A stretch of DNA of 64,000 nt, from NCBI RefSeq assembly GCF_964204645.1, contig NC_134029.1, positions 22,500,950 through 22,564,949 on the forward strand. The letters are read 5' to 3'. Each line of letters starts with the position of its first letter. Position 1 is the stretch's first letter. The position numbers were made by a program, and so were the translations under genes. Source of the stretch: Tubulanus polymorphus (taxonomy: Eukaryota; Animalia; Nemertea). The notes beneath the pieces are model-generated. The model was given only the letters and a program-made list of their open reading frames with translations. It had not been told where the DNA came from and ran no database searches. Shown one piece after another: positions 11,801 through 61,117 of this stretch.

Positions 11801-12165
11801 TAAAGCCTAGCGCACATCGACACTGCGATCGGAGACAACTAGTTGCAAGGCAGTTTTCGGCGCATGAGAGGAACTGGCTGGATACGATCAGTTGCTTGAA
11901 TGTGTCGATGTGAGCGAGCTTACGATTGGTAAGCGTCGATCTATCTCCCAGTTCCAGCCAGTTGCCCATGTTCTACTTTTGAGCAACTGGTTGTACTCAA
12001 TCGCAGTCATATCCGTCGATGTGCGCGCTCTGGATCTCGACGATCGACACGCGCCATGCAGTTGCTGCAACTGACCGGTTGTAACTAGATTTCGATGTGC
12101 GCGGGGTAATCGTTCGGTAGCAACTAGTTGTCTCCAATCGCAGTGTCGATGTGCGCTAGGCTTTA
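11801..12165. mobile_element. MITE (~360 bp) with ~46-bp TIRs, Harbinger-like
   Basis: taaagcctagcgcacatcgacactgcgat.ggagacaactagttgc ... gcaactagttgtctcc.atcgcagtgtcgatgtgcgctaggcttta; internal reiterations of tcgatgtgcgc and cagttgc; TAA/TTA (or TA) flanks. Confidence 0.85.
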
Positions 12166-15100
12166 GTCTTACATATACCTATAGAGCGCACAGGGGCTCG
12201 TATTTGAAGTTTGGGTATAGAGTGGTTCGTGCAGTTGGTACATTGATTACGTGTTCTAGCAATAGGCATGGATCATTTGGTCAATAAAGGATATTTGAAC
12301 GCTTAGATCAATACGGCGATGTACATATTATTTCATAGGCTATATTTCAAGTTCTACCAGTACTTAATTCTTACGTTTACAAAAAGACAAAAGATACAAA
12401 TCATTCATGATGATATGTATACACTATATCTAACTTTATGGGGAACATATACTATCTTACGTTTATTGTCGAGCAGTAAGTGAAGTTACGCCGAAAGAAA
12501 TAGAATACTTATAGATAATTTACATCGCTCCATCACGCGTAGATAGGGACTCCACCATCTCCTAGGTTCAGTAAATTTTGAGATTATCTTGACTTCATTT
12601 ACACGTTGCGGTGGATTGTACTGAGGATAGTCGCTCGGCGAGTGACGTCGTTTTGCAGCGGCGTTCACTGCGCTATACCCCCACACGCGAGCACACTGCC
12701 GTGGAACTATTGCGGTAAGTCGAACTTTCAACAAGTCTTCGAACGAGCGTGATTTGAGTTAGATCATCCCCCAGAACATCGGGCTATCCTCATCATCTCT
12801 TCGAGGATCGATCAGCGGATTTATTGAATCTTGTACGGATGGACATAATCTGTAATATATGTATATATAAAGCTAAATATTGACGAAGCGAGACTTGATA
12901 AAAAATCACGAACACTAAAATCACCTTACGATGTTATACAATTAAGGATCTACTTGTGTTTATCCAAGCACGAGCTTTTTGATGTTCAAACACAACTGCG
13001 TAAAATCATTATTAAGGTAAGATTGATTGAATTCGTTAATTAAATGTGTACAATTTGTTTTCTTCGCGCCGTGGAAAGTATTCAGTGAAATCTCAATTAG
13101 TCAGAACTTCCATTCCAATCATAAAACCGTTCAATGGATTTCATACATGAGAAAAAAAAAAATTTTGTCATCTTGAAATAGGATATTGTTCGAATTATAT
13201 CGAAAAGTTAAAATTCATCTCCACACCCGGTCACAGACCTTGCCAATATAAATCGGAAGTTTTTCTCTCTGACAGGATATCGAATTTATCGAACCATGAA
13301 AACTAAATCATGGCTATAAATTAGAAAAACAAAGTGATTTTATTGTTTAACGATTAGACGTATATAACATTGGGAACATTAAAGCTGGTTGTCGCCAAAA
13401 ATCGTTTAACTGTAAAAGGCTGTTTAAATTATGTCATACGACTGTAGAATTTATAAAATATTATAGTTTTTTGTAGCAGTTTTTCTTCAACATTTGAAGC
13501 CTAATCATTTATCAACCCGTTTTGTTATGAATAAACCTAACAATCATTAGTAATGAAAATGATTAATTCACAAGAAGCAGTTTGTCAGTAACTAAGAAGC
13601 TGTGAGTTAGGAAAACTAAGAGTTGAATTTATAGATGCCTTGAAAAATGGTATTTCTTAATATTGTCGAGAATGACTAACTCAATAATAGAATAACAAGA
13701 AGAATTTAACGAATATGATTCCTTGACTCATCCCGCGCCTTCGGTACATTGCGTACCACTGTCATTCAGGTTTTGGAAGTATCGATAATTCAATTGGATT
13801 GCCCCAATATTGATTACGCAGTGCACATCGACATTAATGATATTATATGGAAAGATTCATGAAATTTAATTGATTAAAAAACAAACGCCGATATACACAA
13901 TCGTATACGTTATTTTGAAACGCCAATATTGATGACGTAGTGCGCATCGACTCGCACACCAGCCTTTACACAACGTCGAGTAGTTAGCGATGAATAAAAA
14001 AACGTATTCGTAATGGTTTTTATTTTAGTTTCTTCAATTATTAACTGTTTGAATATTTTCTCTAATCCAAATGAAAAACAACATAAACTGAATGAACAGA
14101 AGCCAGATAAATTGAAAAGCTATATGAATGTGATTACAGCGCGAAATGTCCGTCAGATTGGTGCTATTTGACTAAGGGAAGGGTAAACTTGTTGACACTC
14201 GTTAAATTTCCTATTTGACAAATACGTATAAACAGTCGACACGACAGTGGCATAACTATCGATGGTATACAATCCGGTAATCAAAACGACCATCGCGTTT
14301 AAAACTGCACGTGTAATGAAACTGACCGTTACAAACAGACAACAAAAATGTGTCTCGTCGGCACGAAACCGGTAGTTTGACGAGAAAATAAGTCCGATGT
14401 AGTCGAAAAACATAATTATCGAAAAACAAACTCTGATATGTTGTTTTTCGAGTTATTCCTTGACGAGAGTTTTAAGTTGAAAACCGAAAATTCGGATTAA
14501 AAAAATTCTAACGTTTCGCTATTTTAAGTTTTTCGACTTCGTGATTGTGGGACTTTTATTTTACTCGTCTCTCGCGACTCGTCAACATAGTTTGAATATA
14601 CGGCTTCCTGGAAAACTGTTTTTCCATATTTTCACACTTTCCGAATTTCTCATTTTTTCTACCGGTTCATAACGAATATATCATTTGATAATTGCTTTTG
14701 ATGAAACTCGATAGTTTTCCCCCGGATACTCATAAAGAGAATCGTTTTATATCCTCGTCAGCCACAATTGATAATTCAATAATAAATTACGGTCCATTAG
14801 CGAATGAGATCTGATGTGAAAATTACGAGTCTCGCTTCGGAAGACACTGTCAAGTCATCGTGTTACGTACATTTTAAGTTTATTGAAGTTCGTTCTGAAA
14901 TATCTTTCGATACAGGTTTGATCATCTACGATGTGAATCATTTAAACAGATTTCTCTAACTTAAAGATATTAGGCTAGCCTTAAAGGGGTCTATTTACAC
15001 CTTAGTTACTTAATGAAACTATGATTTCCTTGAGGAAGTGACGCACATGCGACGAATTTCCGTTCAGTTCAATCAGTGCCGTGCGCTAAACGTCCACCAT

Positions 15101-17097
15101 TTTTCTTAAATTCCAAATAAAAAATGATTCAAGAATTCTAATCACGTACACATCAAGCTGAAGATATGTTTGAGTTTGAATCAGGTGGATTAGAAAATCA
15201 TTACTACCATAATTGGAAACGGTAGTGAACGCACGTCTATAAAGACTAACATTTCAGTTATTATGAATTGCATCCTGTCTTCATACAGCTGTGTAATTTG
15301 AAAGGAATGATAATCTTTATTGATAGGTAATCAAACAGCTGTCGGATCAATAGTGTACGTTTTTTATTTACTGTCCCGCGTGTTTATCAACTGCCGACGT
15401 GTTGTTAAAATCTGAATACTTCTGAGAAACCACATGATGCTAATTCATCATCACAGCCGAACATCGCCGGCTCGGAGTCGCTTTTAATTTCGATGGGTTT
15501 ATTTTCGTCTGCTTTGCCGATGGGAATTTTACGTACGCGACGTAAGTTGTGTTTTGTCGGTAAACATTTTGATAATCTGTTTCCTTATTCCAGTTGATCC
15601 TAGAAAACCCCGCACTAGATTTACGAACACTATATTTCTTCCCGTTACTGGAGCTAGCGTTTAAATTGTTTTTGATTTGTTCTGCCTACGCTTAATAATA
15701 CACCCCAGGAGTGTTACTGTTCTCAAAAAAATATTTTGAATAATTCATTTCCTTTTTTGGTGTTGCATAATTCATGCCGAATGAATTAAGTTTTGAATCT
15801 TTCCGAGTAAAATGACCTCTGACTTGTTTAGTCAAAACACGCGAATTAGATCAAAAAGGCATTAAACGTAATTTACGACGGCGATATTGAATATGATTGA
15901 GTTCTTGAAGTATATGTAATCAGCTTGTTTGAACTATGTATTAACTTGCACGCTTTTATTTACCCAACGTCGCCAGATATGAGATAGAAGTCAACAGTAT
16001 TATTTGATAAAAAGATCATTATTTCGATGTCAAATTCAAATTACTTGACGGGAATACATTCTGGAATAAATTCTGCATTAAATGTGCGTTATGATTTTTA
16101 GATTGTATCTGAAGGTATCTGAAGCATCTCTTATTGACTTTCCGCTATGATTACAAAAATTCAGTTAACTATATAAATAAAGAGTTCTGTATCGAGAGAG
16201 ATTATAGTAACTATTTATTATGATATCTAGGTGGCATAGATAAAATGTTGGCTTTGGAATGATCTAGCTAACATCCAACAACCCCTTCAAATCTTCCTTG
16301 AAAATATCATATGTCAATTATCATACATTCGACTATCAACGGAATTCAAAATTGCGCTGCCTGTAAAGGTTTAACTGCAATTCGAAATTGAACGCTTAGT
16401 TTCATCTATATACGTGTGAAAATTAGCACTGTGGCCTTGATACGTTTGTTAATGGAGAGAAACTGCGGCTTACATAACGTGCAATTAACATAACAATAAT
16501 GACTTCAAAATTGATGGCGATAGACTTTAAATATCGAATATTTACGAGTTTCACTTCTCTTTGCGCTGCGGTTCCTAATAGTAACCTTACTCAATTCGAG
16601 TAATATTCAACCAATTACATTGATTTCTTCTGACAGGAATTCTCTAAATAATGCATAGCTGTTGAAACTCGCATTACGATGTGGCTCTTCTGAGGCATAT
16701 TTCACCGAACACAAACACAATTTAATATTCTTTAATATTTAATCGAAGTGTGTACGTTTTAAACGTGCGATTTGAAAGTGCTAATTTCGTATTTGGTTAC
16801 TTACACTGGATAAATCAATGGGTAACATGATATTTTCAATGGCGCGCAAGACCGCTAGATTTTGGTAGAATATTGGAATATCTATAGTTGGTGACTTTTA
16901 TTTCTAAATAACGTAATGACATGTATTTGTGATAATTTTTTGCCTTTACAATTTCAGTTCAAATGAAAAGGGGAGCGACGTGAATTGAGGCGATATTGTC
17001 TATTCACGATTTCATCCAAAATTGTTCGGATCTATGATTGTATCATGTTGACGCTTTTGGGAATTTAAACGATTGAAAAATCGTAAAGGAGTTAGAA

Positions 17098-52649
<35,552 letters not shown>

Positions 52650-53875
52650 GAAGGCCCTACTTCCACTTGAAATTTCGCCAAAAGCTGCTTCGTCATACCG
52701 TAAGACAAACGACTGATCTTAGTATCTGTCTTAGCGATCTTAATACGGAAGTGCTGATGACGTGATTTTCACATGGGCATATCAAAGGGCGTAAGGCGAG
52801 CAGCATGCGTCGAATCAAACTTGATAATGAAATATATCACGTGTGAAATGAAATATATTAATTACGAAGTCGTTTTCATCGGCAGTATCGAAAGGCGAAA
52901 GTTGTCCCCGATGTCAACCTAGTCTTCATCTACAATATCAAAAGGCGTGCATGAGTCAAACTTAGAATATGCGATATGATACGAATCACGCCGACCTGCG
53001 TAAGATGTTGACGAGACACTCGGATACATCCTTAGTATCATTTCACAAAGTACGTAAGTTACGAAGTAAACGGTATGATATTCGCTTTGTAACGTCAACA
53101 TAACACATTGTCAAAGAAGACTCCTCTCGACTCGGTCAACAGGGTCAAATCGTTCCTCAAGTCAGTGAATCTTATATGAAAAACAATTGATGCACATATT
53201 TGGAAAGCATTCTTTTTCCCTCAAAAGTCCAAACGCTACCGAGCGCACGTTTAGTCATATTACCTCGATACAGGATACTAAATTGTATTTTTTTGTAAAT
53301 ATGAAAAGGCTACGCGAAGTACAGTTTATCATTGTTTCTAATCTATTCTAGTCGATTCCACAAGAGTTTTGTGAAGATTGTGAGTCGTGGTTTTCAAGCC
53401 ATACATAAAATAGTCGTAGTGTTAATAATGAAAAATATTGTGGTATTTTGTGAAGAGTCGTTATCTATCTATAATACATATATATTGTTGATTAACGAAT
53501 GCATAATATTCCCATTAGACGGAGATATAGATTGTTATGAAGAAAATTAAGTCGTCGAATTTTGGGTTACAGATATTTATATGGTATTCATATTGTATTA
53601 TACATCTATTGTTTTTAATTAGTGTATAGTATCAATAAGTCGTAGAATATACATATGTATTGTAACGCCAAGGTTGACATGTTAGTAATAGGCTCCATCA
53701 TTTAATCGTATTTATCATGATTTATTGAAGTGTTATAGATTGATCGTGAAAGATGGACCGCGATAATCTCCCAATTAACAAAGTGATAAAATGGCTACTT
53801 ATTTCACTGTTTTATTATATAATGTGCTGTACATCGTGTGTAAATTAAGTGTAAGTTAAGTGTAAATACGTAGTT

Positions 53876-53881
53876 AATAAA
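53876..53881 (+). terminator. Putative polyadenylation signal of the receptor gene
   Basis: AATAAA at the end of the AT-rich stretch after the last exon. Confidence 0.4.
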
Positions 53882-54467
53882 GCGAAACAAGATTTGTTCA
53901 AGCCGTGATTTTATCGTGAAGGATCGGTCGGTATTTGCAATAACATTTCTCTCCCACACACCTGCCTGATCTGACGTCTCGACAAACGCTACAGGTAGAA
54001 CTACCCCAAATGATCGCCATCAAGATGACGAGGTCCGCTATTGATATATGTGACGTCTACGGAGAATTCGATTGTGTTAGCTACTGAAGAACCTCCATTA
54101 AAATGGAATCTCACGGGTCCTATGTATGTGAAACCTTAAACTGCCTGTTCCTTTTTAACTTTGTTAATGGAAAGTTCCAGGATTAACAAGTTTACCCTGG
54201 CTTTTATCGAGAGACCGGATAAACCCTTTAGTCTGGCATTGAAGAGGATTAACCATCACGAGAATATACTTTATCAAATAGTAAAACCTTTGAAGCGTTC
54301 CATTTTCAGAAACTAAGACATTAGTGATCTGTTAAGAAAATTGAGTTGGATCTTCGAGTACCCTCCCCCAACGACCATAAGGTCACCAGGATTACGACAA
54401 ACTAGGAGACTAGAATAGCGTCCTCAAAGAATAATGGATAAAGATGTCATCATGTACTGATATGGAC

Positions 54468-54473
54468 TTTATT
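54468..54473 (-). terminator. Putative polyadenylation signal of the STRA6-like gene
   Basis: TTTATT on + (AATAAA on -) ~600 bp past the stop; an alternative lies at ~54657. Confidence 0.35.
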
Positions 54474-55073
54474 TGTTTTGAAGACGATTTCAAGATACAG
54501 TGCATACAAATACAGTTCGATTGAAATATCCTATAAAAATATGACACCTAACTACGATTTATAAATGATATCAAAAAAGCACTACAATACTATTAAAACA
54601 GTCTCACTTTCCACAGTCAAGCTTCATTAAAAAAGTAAGAAAAGGAACTCTATCAATTTATTTTTTTTACAATATATCCTACGTTTATCAAATCAGTTAT
54701 CATAAAACACAACTTCTTAACATTCTGTATCAAAAATTTGTGTACCTAATCTAAAATACAATTACAAGAAAAATCAAATGCAAAAAAGAATACATGTAAT
54801 TACCGTGATTCATATTCAAGAAAACGGTTTTTTAAAACATAAGAAAATAAAACAAATCGAAGATCGTCTACACTACCGTGCATGTGTATAACCTACGAGC
54901 TATTATGATAACAGGTATTACATACTTACATACCACATACACGTCGTACCGATATAACTTGAAAAGCACAGAACTTTCATTAGCTTTAACAGTGGTTCAT
55001 TATACACAAAGAAAGTCATGTCGATTACAGGTAATAGATAAAAACATACATCGTCTCAATGACTGGTTCATGA

Positions 55074-58000
55074 TTAAACGTATTGATTTGGAAGGAATCC
55101 TACTACTGCCAAACTTTGAAGCTCATCGTTATTGTTAGCAGCCTTTCTTTGACGGTATTTCACGAGTTCAGGATTCGCGACCAGCGTACGACACAACAAC
55201 CATAACTTCTTTCCTTGAGATGCTGAATATAAAATAGCGAAATTTTTCATAAAACAATCTCAAATTGAATCTGCCAATCTGATAAGGAAGCTTTCATTTT
55301 AGCGCTGTACTTTAATTATTATATCCACCACTAAAGTGCTCATTGAAAATAATGGGCAGAAAGAAATAGACGTTCTAGTTAAGATGTTGTAATAATAGTT
55401 TTAAGACGTTTACCTGGATGTAAGACAGGAGGCTGCTGCAGTAGATGACAGAAAGAACGCATTATAGGATTCGTGTGTGCGTGGTCCAACAACAACATGC
55501 ATACATATGAGAAGTATCCTGAAATTATTAACATTTACAATCAGCAAAGAGAAATAGCCAGCGACCTTCAATTTGGAACTAAATTCATAGGATGTAAACT
55601 TCGAAGAGGTAGAATTCCCCAATAATCACTGCAATGTCAAACAATCGATCAACCAACAAGTTTTAAAACATCGCAAGTTTTGTGAAATTTGTCGAGGGGT
55701 GGGTGACAACTTGACGAAATTCTTCAATTTCTAAGGTGAAGCATAGAACTCGGGTGAAGTGACGATTCTATGAGATACACAACGATATTGCACAGGGTTA
55801 AAGATAAAAGTATTTTTCAACACCTCCGAATTTTCGGTAATTCACTAAAACCATTCATTTTCAAGGAATGAAAAATATGCATGATATGAGAACATTACAT
55901 ACTATTGCATACATGACTGCAAAATGATTAATAAGAGTTGCAATTAACTGTGACAAAACTACACAACTCCACATATAACCTAATATATATTCACCTCGAT
56001 CGAATTTCTCCATTCCTCTCATTAGAACAGATCTATGAAGACGCGAACTGAAAACTATGCCGATTACAGTTCCATACAGCAATCTCTTAACACTCGACAC
56101 CAAACCGATGTTCACATTGAAGAACGTGAAGTAGAAACTAGCGTTATTGTACCACATCCTGAAAATCAAAACGAAAATTGAAATCGATTTCAAGAAACAT
56201 CATCAATTCAGTAGTAAATCAGTACGAGCGAGAATTGACTACCTGTGCCGAATAGCAAGTGTCTTACGGTCGTCAAGCAGATATCTGCCCAATATGTTTT
56301 GCAGATAAAACAGTATTATCAAAATCAGAAATGGAGCGCTGAAAAGATTTATTGTAAAAAGAAAAAATCTTAAAATGATATTTTTCTAGCCATTAAATAT
56401 TCATATTCATGAATTCACATTGTAGACCAGTTCAATGGGGTAATAAATTGGTACTTACAAGGACTTGGTCATTACTTGTTTGAAATATTCAGCATCTCCC
56501 AGAATGATCGGACGGATGACACCGAAGTAAAGCAAAGAAGCAAGAACTGTCATCGATACTTGGAATATAAGATATCCTACGAAGAAAAATTATGCAATTC
56601 ACTAAGAACATCCTTATTCCGGAAATAAGATGAAAACACAAAACTGGGAATTTTAAAACTTACCCCAAATAATACTGGCAACTTGATATCCCGGAAAACG
56701 CATGGAGGCTGCCTATAAGATAAATACCTAGTTAAATCTCAAAAGTTATTCAACCATTGCATCAGAATTTTGCTTGTGTTTTTGCTTACGACAATTGCTG
56801 CTGGATTCGGTATAAGGCGTTGTTGAGGTAGAAATGATCGATCTCCGCGACTGATCTGTCCGAAATGTCTCCTATAGATGAACATCAAATGAGCCAAACT
56901 GACCAGAGTAAGCAGAAAACCGATTCCGATACAAATGAACAGAATGCCTGAAATCATACATATTTCTTCCATTATTCATTCTAAAAACTATCGCGAGAAA
57001 ATATACATCGAGAATCAGAACTACCTGCAAATTCTTTCATAATAGGAATCCACGTCGGCTGATTTTGCAGCAATATAAGACATTGTTTGCTGAATAAGTC
57101 AATAACGTAGATATCCAGAAACATAACCTACAAAACATGTGTTTTTTAATCATCAATATCATGTATAATATCAATGCCAGTATTACAGTATGTTTTCATC
57201 ATTCAACTTACTTTGTAAAGCATCACTAGACTGAGGAACAAAGTCACCAACATCTTCGTCGAGTAGCGGAAATTCTTGTGGAAATATGTCATCTTCAGTT
57301 GTCGAATTTTAGCATCGATTAAGAGTCGGTCGATCTTCCGACCGATATTTACATGTAAGCAAGAATTGTTAATCGATATGCAAGGTGCGGCAACTGGTTC
57401 AACTAGATGTTCACTATCGATGTCATCATCACTGAAATATAGCACAAATTTATAGAATAAAATTTCCTAAGATTAGTTAGACACGTGTGGTTGATGATAT
57501 AAACTTTACTTTTTTACAATTCACTTTGAAGATAGCATTTCCATAGATTATTAGGTTCTGAATGTAATGTAAGCCCTTATATATAATTATAGGTTTCATC
57601 ATAAAAAATAAGCCATAAAATAGCAACTATTCACCGTTTGGCGCTGTTTAGAAGACTGCCCACATAACGCATTTGAAATTCACTGGTTACATGAGAAGCC
57701 TGAAATGCAAGTAATGGGTTGAAATTACGACATACACCGGGATGAAAAACTACAAAGTGTGAAGACATTGATTTTAATTTGTAACCTCGTCATCTCTGCT
57801 GTAATTCTGAGACATAATACAACGACACAAAGACATCAGAAAACCGATGACAACACCTCCATAGCAGATCATGGTTGGGATGTTACTTAATGCGTCCATC
57901 AATGACTTATTCTGAAAAGTATGTAAGATAAGTTTAATCAACCAAATAAAATCAATATATATCCACCTCTTCGATTTATAGATCATATAAATGATTTTAT

Positions 58001-59423
58001 ATCAATACATGTAGTATTTGATTATTTCTTAACGTTTTTTTCGCATATAACAGTTTTTACAGTGAATAAACCTTATATTAGCAACCATAGTCCTTGATAA
58101 ATGAGTTCCAAAATATTCAAAATATTGGTCTTCCAAGTCGAATTACGGCCATGTTCGACGAAATTGTCGGGTACAAATTGATCCGACTTAGGCAGAGTTT
58201 ACTGTACAAGATCTTACCAACATATAATTGCTGACTAATGGGTTGTTTGTAAATCGAGAATCAGTATGAATGTCATCAATTGGCAGTTCTTTATTCGTGA
58301 TCAAACTCAACAGATAATTCACCTACAGATAGACAAAACTCATAAAAATATTTTAATTACAATTCACAATATGAATAATGTATAAAAAGAATATTTACCA
58401 ATAACACAGGACGACAGCTGAACTGCATCATACTATAGACAAGTACCCTGAAAGAAAAATAGATTTCTATCAAACAGCTGACAATATAAGCTGATCAATT
58501 TCAGTTGTAAATGATCTGAAAAACAAACCTACCAAATTCCAGAGTAGAATATTCCAATAATCGAACCCAGAAACTTGTACGGTGTGTTGATGCATAGGAA
58601 GATCGGATACATGTATATTGAAATAATCAACATAATGATCGGAGTTAATAAAGCTGAAATAAAGAGATATAAAATACATTCAAAGTGTAATTCAAGGTAT
58701 CAGTTATTCTATTAAAAGTCAGATTGCGTGTATGTTGAGAATTCAAGAGTAAAAGCTGAAATCGAAATTAAGCTAACGCTCATTTCTGTAAAATATCAGA
58801 TAAACGATGTCATTCAATGTTATAAAGAATCGAATATTTGCAAAAGTCGTACATTCCTAAAATAAACAAAACGGAATTCAGCAACGGTTTTGATACATAC
58901 CCATACCCCAATTAGGGATATTAGCTATACGAACAGATGTTGAGAAGAACAACAGCTCCGTAATAACATCAGCTACAGCACCAAACGCAATCGCATTCCT
59001 CCAACGGTTGTGCACATCATCAATGAAATTCAACGCACTGAAAATCAATTTCAACATTTTCTCGTGCAAACATTTCATTTTATATGACTCTAAAAATCTT
59101 TTTAAACACATGTATCTAAAAATTCTATGAACAACTAACTAATTAAATTCTATTCTTAGTATCTGCTGTTCTTATCGATGAACTTACATAATGATTCTTG
59201 TCAGTCCGATATCACCATCATGTTTTCCATTTCGCCATTCAAGCCAAGAAAATACTGATATGATCAACAACTGAAAAAAAAAACAAAACATGAAAGTTTT
59301 TTTGAAAAAATCTTGATGTATAGCGTTAAGTTGTATATTTACCGATAAAGTTAATATAGGGAGTAAAAGTGGCGTCCAGTTTCTGATGACAGGGTCGCAT
59401 TGAAGACTCGTATTGAATTCCAT
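55074..59423 (-). CDS. STRA6L: STRA6-like / RBPR2-like multipass membrane retinol-transporter family protein; 17 coding exons (59343-59423, 59188-59270, 58901-59037, 58533-58653, 58399-58447, 58218-58322, 57786-57911, 57635-57699, 57212-57431, 57025-57127, 56790-56947, 56664-56712, 56459-56576, 56243-56338, 55995-56158, 55414-55518, 55074-55222), ~642 aa
   Basis: All junctions GT-AG, phases consistent, total 1929 nt. Family motifs: LNFIDDVHNRWRNAIAFGA, MYPIFLC..T..KFLGSIIGIFY, FRYSTK, MRFPGYQVASIIWGY, FFNVNIGL...RL..RL.RSVL.RG.EKFDRGY, DHAHTNPIMRSFCHLL, WLLCRTLVANPEL..YR. Confidence 0.87.
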
Positions 59424-59599
59424 CTCATCAGTATCTTAAGTATCACGACCCTAAATAAAAACAAACTGTGTATTATAGATTGATTTTGTAGATATGAAAT
59501 TAAGAATAGGTTGAGCCACGGGGGGCACTTCTTGTTAACTTTTTTAGTAATATATATCATAAAACAGCGTAATATGTATCATAATACATGTGGATTAAA

Positions 59600-59745
59600 A
59601 CTTGAGGTCTCTAGCGAGACTGTGAAACGCTATGTCTTTTGGTTTTAATTTTTTGACCCCATCTGCCCATCTTATGCCACAAATGTTTTGAATAATAAAA
59701 TTTGCTTTTAAACTTATAAATTTTGTATATATAGTGAGGAGTTTA
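59600..59745 (+). mobile_element. Second decayed copy of the Penelope-like terminus family seen at 6607-6765
   Basis: gtctc-tagc-gagac stem, GAAAC, then the shared tail ttttggttttaattt...tgaataataaaa...cttataaattttgtatat. Confidence 0.45.
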
Positions 59746-61117
59746 AACAAAATGTATTCAAGTAAAAGTTTTGCTTACCTAAAATCAACGATGATTGTAA
59801 CACAGAGTACTATAATAAATACACAGAGACACCAGAGCAGGTTTTGTACCACACAAAATCTCAGAGCCAAGTGAAGATCAGATAGACCCTGATTCAACAG
59901 GATGACTCCAAGCACCTGCTGAAAATCCTGTGATTTCATTGGACACAATACGTCTCCTTAGGTGAAAATGCAGGTTTTAGGGGCGAAAAACAGGAAACAA
60001 TGGATACCCAGACAAACTGTCTCAAGAATCTTGACAATAATTCAATACAACCGATCCAACACATCAGCACTTCCACTAATCATCTGATTACACATTTAAT
60101 TGGCTGATTAGTTGCTTTAGTAAAGTTACTATGAACGTTCATTAAACAAATCTTAAGTGAACATATGGAAGTTTATTATGAATTGATATATTTACTAAGT
60201 TCTTAAATATCAAACAAATATCTAAATAATGTACCAATAAAAATAATAAATTACTATTTATGTTTATTTAACTACGTACATTACAAAATAAGATATTACA
60301 AAATAATATAAATATGATCATCATTTTTCACTACACAATTATCAGTCCACAAATAACTGATGATATTTGTGATATTTGTCTGTCCGATGTTAAACTGTTA
60401 TGAGGCTGGATATTTTTTCCCAACTTAGAAATTAGGACATTTTTGCGCGTAGTTTCACTAAAAAAAATGTCATACCAAGCATCTACTAACATCATACATG
60501 CCCATACAACAACTATGGTCTGGGCATGTGAAAGGCTAACATCCTTCCATTCTATTTACTATTTGTTAGAAAAACACTACTGTTGATCTGAAGTGTTCTT
60601 TTGCTACAACTAAGATTAAGAATTCTCCAAAATTCAAAATTCTTTAAACCTAATGTCCTATACAAATTCAATTGTTCATGTGACATAACCACTTCCTTTA
60701 TTGGAAACTGATTGACATCTAGCTGCTAAGGTTTCAGGGCATCGAACATATTAACTGCTGTCAGACAATACTAATCTGCCTGTTCTACTTGTAGTCAGGG
60801 CTTCAAGATTTTGGACTAAGCAAACTCTCTGTTGTTTTTAGACCCGTTATATTTTATCATGTGACCAGTTTCGCCTTTCAGAGTAGCTCAAACCCGAGTA
60901 GTCCACTATCAGTTGAAAAGCCTTAATTTCAAACTCGAAAATGTTCGATGGATACATGACGATATATGAAACCTTTCTTTTACCTTTACAGATATTCAAC
61001 TATTTGAACAAAGAATCTACTAACATGACTAATGACGATTGGGGTTCGACGATTGGATACCTGGTCTTCTACCTATTGTTCCAGGGCCAGGCGATTCGAA
61101 CCAGTACGTAGTCAGTA

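Noticed and set aside
57510-57557. Extra 48-nt STRA6-like exon
   Set aside because: Gives an immediate stop in the required phase 2.
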